From a virus (taxonomy: Duplodnaviria; Heunggongvirae; Uroviricota; Caudoviricetes): DNA of 64,000 nt. Numbering within the stretch: the first letter of the stretch is position 1; the number at the start of each line of letters is the position of its first letter. The translations under genes and the position numbers were made by a program. The notes beneath the pieces were generated by a model. That model saw nothing but the letters and a program-made list of their open reading frames with translations, was not told the DNA's origin and ran no database searches. This document shows, in pieces, positions 60,159 through 64,000 of the stretch. The stretch lies in IMG/VR virus record IMGVR_UViG_3300025896_000021; one strand, written 5' to 3'.

Positions 60159-60547
60159 TAGAATATATTAAAGACAAGTATTTGACTTGGCGTACTGGTG
60201 TTGATAAACAAACACGTGATCATCGTAAGTGGTATGATGAAACTGTTGTTCAACGTGCTAGTACGATTGAAAATATGTTTATGAACTTCAAGTACATACT
60301 GCCAGTATCTACGAATATATTTGATTTTTCTGAGCCGTTTGGTTGGTACCCCAACAAAGAATTTAGACAGTATATGTGGCCTAACCGAAAGTTAGATGAC
60401 TGTTCCGTGTATTACTTTGCCCGTGGCTATAGAGATAAGTGGGATGGTAAATTTTATATGAATGACTTGCGGCACGACGAAGACCAAGTGTTTGTAGCAA
60501 CTAACAATGAGGTAGATGCTATGATGATAACATTGAAATATTCATGA
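60155..60547 (+). CDS. LRW-family protein (LKY variant)
   Basis: NNEVDAMMITLKYS. Confidence 0.72.
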   Translation: MIEYIKDKYLTWRTGVDKQTRDHRKWYDETVVQRASTIENMFMNFKYILPVSTNIFDFSEPFGWYPNKEFRQYMWPNRKLDDCSVYYFARGYRDKWDGKFYMNDLRHDEDQVFVATNNEVDAMMITLKYS

Positions 60548-60888
60548 CAATAAGCAATTCCACAATTAATATGATTCGTAAGCAATTGCCAATTCTACTG
60601 GCAAAAGCTATTACAGGCGTGCAACCTATGACAGGCCCGGTTGGGGGACTCTTTAGAATGAAATATACCTATACTCCACAATCAAAGTATAAATTTACCC
60701 GTGCCAACTGGTATGTGGCAGAGTTCAACATTAAAGATTATACTGATGTTGTACATTGGTGTAGGGAACAGTTTGGTCCACATCCTCGTAATCCCGATGC
60801 TTGGAGTCGTTGGGAACACAAGTATGAAGATAAGATTTACTTCCGTGATGAGAAAGATTATGCTTGGTTCATGTTGAGGTGGTCGTGA
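60544..60888 (+). CDS. LRW-family protein with N-terminal major-capsid (Gol-like) fragment
   Basis: MIRKQLPILLAKAITGVQPMTGPVG; ends FRDEKDYAWFMLRWS. Confidence 0.8.
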   Translation: MTISNSTINMIRKQLPILLAKAITGVQPMTGPVGGLFRMKYTYTPQSKYKFTRANWYVAEFNIKDYTDVVHWCREQFGPHPRNPDAWSRWEHKYEDKIYFRDEKDYAWFMLRWS

Positions 60889-61136
60889 GAAAATTAATTC
60901 CAAATAATATAACTGTAACTGAACAGTTTCGTATCCGTACTCAGTTTGTTGGTATGGTTGGAAAATGGAAACAAAGTATTCTTACTACCACCAGCAAGAA
61001 ATATCTAGAGTTAGAGTTACAGTGGTTGGAGCGGGACAGCGGTGTTCGCTGTCATTATACTAACAATGGTGAATTGGTAGGATTTAAGTTAGTTGATGAA
61101 AAAATGTATGCTTGGTTTGTGCTGAGGTGGGCATAA
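60885..61136 (+). CDS. LRW-family small protein
   Basis: GTGA overlap; DEKMYAWFVLRWA. Confidence 0.75.
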   Translation: MRKLIPNNITVTEQFRIRTQFVGMVGKWKQSILTTTSKKYLELELQWLERDSGVRCHYTNNGELVGFKLVDEKMYAWFVLRWA

Positions 61137-61141
61137 GTAAC

Positions 61142-61396
61142 ATGACTATTAAATTTACTAGTACAGAGTGGGTAGGTGCTGAACCAGAAAACACTGACAT
61201 TGTGTTAAGATCAGAAGCAGGGTTAACTGGGAAGTTTACGGATTTTTCTAATGAAGTTTTTCTATGGTGCTTTGATAATGGCATTGAAGCAGATATGGTT
61301 GGTAAAAAATATAATAGTGATGACAATAGTGATTATAGTCTATGGAGAATTGAAAATGAACAGCACAGAACTTGGTTTATATTGAGGTGGGCATGA
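61142..61396 (+). CDS. LRW-family small protein
   Basis: WCFDNG...ENEQHRTWFILRWA. Confidence 0.78.
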   Translation: MTIKFTSTEWVGAEPENTDIVLRSEAGLTGKFTDFSNEVFLWCFDNGIEADMVGKKYNSDDNSDYSLWRIENEQHRTWFILRWA

Positions 61397-61605
61397 TCAA
61401 AAGACAATATAACAGATGGCGCTACGGCGACAATAAATCTTACTTTGATAACTTTGTTGATGCACATGGACCAGATGAAGTCATTGAAGATAAATTATTA
61501 TTCTATAAAGCAACTATAGGTAAAAGTAAGAATAAAAATCACAAACTAAATGTCAAGTGGCATGATCCAAAAATGTATGTGGTGTTTGTATTGAGGTGGG
61601 CATGA
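61393..61605 (+). CDS. LRW-family small protein
   Basis: DPKMYVVFVLRWA. Confidence 0.75.
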   Translation: MIKRQYNRWRYGDNKSYFDNFVDAHGPDEVIEDKLLFYKATIGKSKNKNHKLNVKWHDPKMYVVFVLRWA

Positions 61606-61790
61606 AATTACTGGAAGACTACTCAGTATCATTGAGCGCAGACAGATGGATCAAAATAAAAGAACAATTAACAAAAGTTGAATCTAATTCATTGGTGTCT
61701 ATTACTTGGACAGGTCCGTTTGAAAGAACCAGAATATTACGATTTAAATCTGAGAATGATGCATTGATATTTGTATTGAGGTGGTCGTGA
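61602..61790 (+). CDS. LRW-family small protein
   Basis: FKSENDALIFVLRWS. Confidence 0.75.
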   Translation: MKLLEDYSVSLSADRWIKIKEQLTKVESNSLVSITWTGPFERTRILRFKSENDALIFVLRWS

Positions 61791-62071
61791 AGATAGTATG
61801 GGGCAGAAGCATAGGATTTAATATGAGCCTTAACGGTATGGAAAAATTTGGGTCAGGATTTAATCCAATGGAAATTACAATTATCAAAGACGGAGCAGGT
61901 TGCTATCCGTGGACAGAACATTTTGCATGGCTACCAGTTAAAACAATTACAGGTCTACGTGCTTGGGGTGTTAAAGTTTACAAGCGTAGAGTTTGGATGG
62001 TATGGGGTACAGGCTTTCATATGGAACCAGAAACTCAATACGCAACATTGTTTGAGATTCTGCAAGAGTGA
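61787..62071 (+). CDS. Small hypothetical protein (FAWLPV type)
   Basis: GTGA overlap; no LRW end. Confidence 0.7.
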   Translation: MKIVWGRSIGFNMSLNGMEKFGSGFNPMEITIIKDGAGCYPWTEHFAWLPVKTITGLRAWGVKVYKRRVWMVWGTGFHMEPETQYATLFEILQE

Positions 62072-62331
62072 AAAAGCCTAAACCAAAGAAGCCAAAAGCT
62101 AAGATACCCAAAGATGCACTAATAGTTGACTATGGATCGCATCGTGTGATCCTACCTTATAAACACCCATTAGACTTGTATAATAACAAAGAACTTGATA
62201 CAATAAGTGAATGGTGTAAGAAAACTCTCCCAATAGACTCCTGGCGTATCAACAGAGGCTCTTGGCCCGGTCACATCTACTTCTTAAAAGAAAGTTATGT
62301 CACACTGTTTTTATTGATGTGGGCAAAATAA
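62068..62331 (+). CDS. LRW-family small protein (LMW variant)
   Basis: WCKKT...FLKESYVTLFLLMWAK. Confidence 0.72.
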   Translation: MKKPKPKKPKAKIPKDALIVDYGSHRVILPYKHPLDLYNNKELDTISEWCKKTLPIDSWRINRGSWPGHIYFLKESYVTLFLLMWAK

Positions 62332-62609
62332 TGGCAATAAAAAATATATACCCAATGGGTACATTCTCTCAGAAAATTGACTACGAAGAAGTTATCGTAG
62401 ATGCCGCGCCTAGATCGTATGGTAAGAAAACTATATACGTATATCTTTGCAAAGACTTGAAAGAAGATCCTAGAACTATTGTAAAATGGTGCAGAAGAAA
62501 CTTCGGTGACAGAGGCAATGGCTGGGACTTTATGTTGACTTCCGGAAATATCACGATAGAGATATGGAATGACAAATTAAAATTTATGTATGAAATGTGG
62601 AAGACATGA
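62331..62609 (+). CDS. LRW-family small protein (divergent)
   Basis: WCRRNFGDRGNGWDF...FMYEMWKT. Confidence 0.7.
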   Translation: MAIKNIYPMGTFSQKIDYEEVIVDAAPRSYGKKTIYVYLCKDLKEDPRTIVKWCRRNFGDRGNGWDFMLTSGNITIEIWNDKLKFMYEMWKT

Positions 62610-62830
62610 TTCAGAACAAAAAACACGAAAAGTTAAACACTTGGCGCATATTAAAAGACTTAGAACCTGTACAATCACTAAAATGTAGATTGAATTGGCA
62701 TCTATGGACTAACTGGGAAGTATGGGATGGTGAATGGTCTAGAGGTAATGTTAGTCACGCTACCTGCTACTGCGCTAGATGTGGTATGCCTAGAACTGAA
62801 GCACCCTACAGTAAAAGTAAAAAAGGATAA
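62606..62830 (+). CDS. Small Cys/His zinc-binding-like protein
   Basis: CRLNWH...CARCG. Confidence 0.65.
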   Translation: MIQNKKHEKLNTWRILKDLEPVQSLKCRLNWHLWTNWEVWDGEWSRGNVSHATCYCARCGMPRTEAPYSKSKKG

Positions 62831-62832
62831 TT

Positions 62833-63390
62833 ATGGCAGATATAATGATAGACATTGAATCACTAGATACAACACCAGATTGCGTGATTCTTACAATTGG
62901 TGCAGTATTGTTTGACCCTCGTGGTCAGGGCATTATTGACAAGATTGAGATTAGACCTACGATTGAGGATCAAACAGAAATACATAACAGGAGTATTAAT
63001 GAAGACACACTACGATGGTGGAGTACACAAAGTCCAGCAGCACTTGAAGAAGCTATGGGAGACACCGGACGCGTATCATTTGCAGACTGTATGGAGACGC
63101 TATACAAGTTTTGTTGGAATCATAATAATGTTTGGAGCAACGGTGCTTCCTTTGACGTGGTCGTCATGGAACACGCTTGGAGACAAACATCAACTAGACC
63201 AAATCCAATACCCTGGCCCTTCTATAAAGTCAGAGACACTAGAACTTTGTATGAAGTGACTGGTGTAAGTTTGAAAGACGGTAACTATGCGACTACCCAC
63301 AAAGCTGTTGAAGATGCCGAACGACAAGCTATAATACTACAGAAGGGCTATTTGAAGTTAATTAAAGCAGGGCTAGTGCAACCTAAATGA
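62833..63390 (+). CDS. DEDDh 3'-5' exonuclease (DexA/Rv2179c-like)
   Basis: MIDIESL, WSNGASFD, RDTRT, HKAVEDA. Confidence 0.88.
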   Translation: MADIMIDIESLDTTPDCVILTIGAVLFDPRGQGIIDKIEIRPTIEDQTEIHNRSINEDTLRWWSTQSPAALEEAMGDTGRVSFADCMETLYKFCWNHNNVWSNGASFDVVVMEHAWRQTSTRPNPIPWPFYKVRDTRTLYEVTGVSLKDGNYATTHKAVEDAERQAIILQKGYLKLIKAGLVQPK

Positions 63391-63980
63391 AATTCAACAG
63401 TGACATTGACATTGACTTTGGCAACAGAGACAATATCCTACAACACATCAAGCACACACCAGCGGCAATGCGCAAGGTAAATCCTATTCGCAGGCACTCT
63501 ACTGGCATCTATGTGACCGATGTACCGTATGATGCTATCAATGACATGGCTAATCTTGATTACAGTGATGCAGAGAAGCGTAGTTATATCAAGTTAGACT
63601 TTTTGAATGTTCATGTATACGATAAGATACGGGATGAACAACATCTAGTCAATTTGATGCGTGAACCTAACTGGGTTAAATTGAATGATAGGGTGTTTGT
63701 TGAGAAGTTGATACATTTGAGCAATCATTATCAAAGTATGCAACGAATGCCTGAACCTATTGATAGTATTCCTAGACTAGCTATGTTTCTAGCTGTCATT
63801 CGTCCTGCAAAGAAGCATTTGACTGGATTACCCTGGAAAGAAGTAGCGAAAACTGTGTGGGAGAAGGGCGATGATGGATATACGTTTAAGAAATCACATA
63901 GTATTTCTTATGCTCATCTAGTAACAGTTCATATGAACCTACTTGAAGAACTAGCTGAGTCTCTTGACCAGGGTGATTGA
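63387..63980 (+). CDS. Miniature DNA polymerase III alpha (DnaE)-like protein
   Basis: DIDIDF, HSTGIYV, KLDFLNV, IRPA and YTFKKSHSISY in 197 aa. Confidence 0.78.
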   Translation: MKFNSDIDIDFGNRDNILQHIKHTPAAMRKVNPIRRHSTGIYVTDVPYDAINDMANLDYSDAEKRSYIKLDFLNVHVYDKIRDEQHLVNLMREPNWVKLNDRVFVEKLIHLSNHYQSMQRMPEPIDSIPRLAMFLAVIRPAKKHLTGLPWKEVAKTVWEKGDDGYTFKKSHSISYAHLVTVHMNLLEELAESLDQGD

Positions 63981-64000
63981 TTTGCGCTTGCTTTTGCGCT
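63951..64000 (-). CDS. Possible 3' end of a minus-strand gene (...RKSKRKSITLVKRLS*)
   Basis: Open to the window edge; convergent overlap with the DnaE-like ORF. Confidence 0.35.
   Translation of the reverse strand, partial: RKSKRKSITLVKRLS

Larger units (their letters stand above)
58341..61790 (+). repeat. Dispersed direct repeat TTGGTTTATATTGAGGTGG-NN-(A/G)TGA at gene junctions
   Basis: TTGAGGTGG at 58351, 59239, 59469, 60144, 60874, 61382, 61591 and 61776; variants at 59938 and 61122; 21-nt identity between 58341 and 59229. Confidence 0.9.

Noticed and set aside
60544-60888. Actual major capsid gene or a capsid pseudogene
   Set aside because: Only about 35 aa resemble gp23, fused in frame to the LRW domain; no contiguous remainder of gp23 is evident in adjacent ORFs.
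58341-61790. CRISPR array or integron attC array
   Set aside because: Repeats are in-frame coding, degenerate, non-palindromic and irregularly spaced (about 185-890 bp); no cas gene or integrase in the window.
58341-61790. ORF-track N-terminal extensions such as MVYIEVV, MVHVEVV and MGM
   Set aside because: They come from TTG/GTG codons inside the junction repeat; better starts lie just downstream of the GAGGTG RBS.
1-64000. Stop-codon reassignment, introns or inteins in core genes
   Set aside because: ThyA, terminase, UvsX and UvsW read intact at ordinary lengths under the standard code.

Overview
A 64-kb segment of a large lytic T4-like myophage genome, with almost all genes on the + strand. 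The porin, Bug/TctC protein and tmRNA tag suggest a betaproteobacterial host (inference). Order of content: virion structural genes (1-6.3 kb); a glycan/small-molecule modification cluster (6.4-22.9 kb: glycosyltransferase-like genes, two radical SAM/twitch enzymes, Ugd, PP-loop enzyme, carbamoyltransferase); secreted and membrane proteins; a circularly permuted two-piece tmRNA; desaturase and porin; an early MoxR/VWA pair; DHFR/ThyA; spanins; terminase; gp32/UvsX/UvsY/UvsW; and an array of about 18 small, translationally coupled genes (58.1-62.8 kb). Most notable: (1) Most array genes end in a shared F-x-x-E-x-D-A-x-W-F-x-L-R-W motif whose codons (TTG AGG TGG) also form the Shine-Dalgarno of the next gene. 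At least three carry N-terminal pieces resembling core phage proteins: a Gol-peptide-like gp23 segment, a second gp23 helix, and a terminase/helicase Walker A segment. This suggests a modular library of decoys or mimics. (2) The intervening segment of the permuted tmRNA is filled by a 49-aa ORF with its own RBS. (3) A 197-aa miniature DnaE-like protein keeps all three catalytic aspartates. All family assignments come from motif recognition by eye; no searches were run.
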